A stretch of 34,963 bases of DNA, taken from NCBI GenBank assembly GCA_964574245.1, contig CAZNLV010000005.1, positions 1 through 34,963 on the forward strand, given 5' to 3'. The position numbers and the translations under genes were made by a program. This DNA comes from an uncultured Candidatus Saccharibacteria bacterium (GTDB lineage: Bacteria; Patescibacteriota; Saccharimonadia; Saccharimonadales; UBA4665). This document shows positions 34,718 through 34,963 of this stretch, piece after piece. Under the pieces are notes generated by a model. It was not told the DNA's origin and did not search any database. It worked only from the letters and a program-made list of their open reading frames with translations. How positions within the stretch are numbered: the stretch's first letter is position 1; every line of letters begins with the position of its first letter.

Positions 34718-34963
34718 CTACTTTCTCTTTATGCCTAGTGCTTCGTCTAGGAATTTGTGCGAGTATTCCTGCTGCCGCTTTAATTCCTTTATAAAACCAG
34801 TATAGTTGACTACCTCGTTCATTTTACTTTCAAACTGTGACAGGCTAACGATACGGTCAAACAGACCTAGCCTTTTCAGGAAGCCGGTCATGCGATCATC
34901 ATTTCCAGCCCGCATACCTTCATTTTCGAGTACTACAAAATTCTTGCGGTAAATAGTTGAGAA
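34718..34963 (-). CDS. C-terminal fragment of an unidentified protein; the reading frame runs off the window edge
   Basis: The frame is open from 34963 down to the TAG at 34718-34720 (FSTIYRKNFVVLENEGMRAGNDD...GIKRK*). The stop lies 3 nt before the flippase start, so the genes are probably in one operon. Confidence 0.5.
   Translation of the reverse strand, partial: FSTIYRKNFVVLENEGMRAGNDDRMTGFLKRLGLFDRIVSLSQFESKMNEVVNYTGFIKELKRQQEYSHKFLDEALGIKRK

Overview
This is a 35-kb chromosomal window of roughly 50% GC by eye, densely packed with housekeeping and energy genes. I recognise no rRNA, tRNA, CRISPR array, transposase or integrase.

Gene content, left to right:
- a small membrane-protein gene split by a frameshift
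- a glutaredoxin-like gene and a 239-aa unknown
- guaB-guaA on the minus strand (the IMPDH lacks its CBS module; GuaA carries an extra ~60-aa insert)
- a Phd/YefM-RelE/ParE toxin-antitoxin pair
- a complete F1Fo ATP synthase operon, atpZ-B-E-F-H-A-G-[four-helix-bundle gene]-D-C
- an unknown 317-aa Cys/His protein with beta-carbonic-anhydrase-like motifs, next to a MIP/aquaporin channel
- an 1108-aa UvrD-type helicase fused to a RecB-type nuclease
- NDH-2, a 588-aa unknown polytopic membrane protein, a GlcD-like FAD oxidase and a 341-aa acidic unknown
- cyoABCDE (bo3-type quinol oxidase plus heme O synthase) and a UPF0104 flippase-like membrane protein
- an envelope cluster on the minus strand: LCP, VanZ, a Wzx-like flippase and a partial gene

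The gene set and compact style (CBS-less IMPDH, short ATP synthase delta, cyo plus NDH-2) suggest a small-genome Patescibacteria/Saccharibacteria-like bacterium. That is inference only.

The most unusual signal is non-coding. The spacers inside the gua and atp operons are filled with two kinds of structured repeat:
1. A composite element made of two 8-5-8 hairpins, present in three copies and in both orientations.
2. 7-bp tandem (heptad) arrays. Two of these form inverted (GAGNNAC)n / (GTNNCTC)n arm pairs. One pair encloses a complete four-helix-bundle (23S rRNA IVS-protein family) gene wedged between atpG and atpD. The other encloses only 29 nt between atpA and atpG.

This cassette-like architecture is my top candidate for an undescribed system. 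All homology calls come from reading the motifs; no searches were run.
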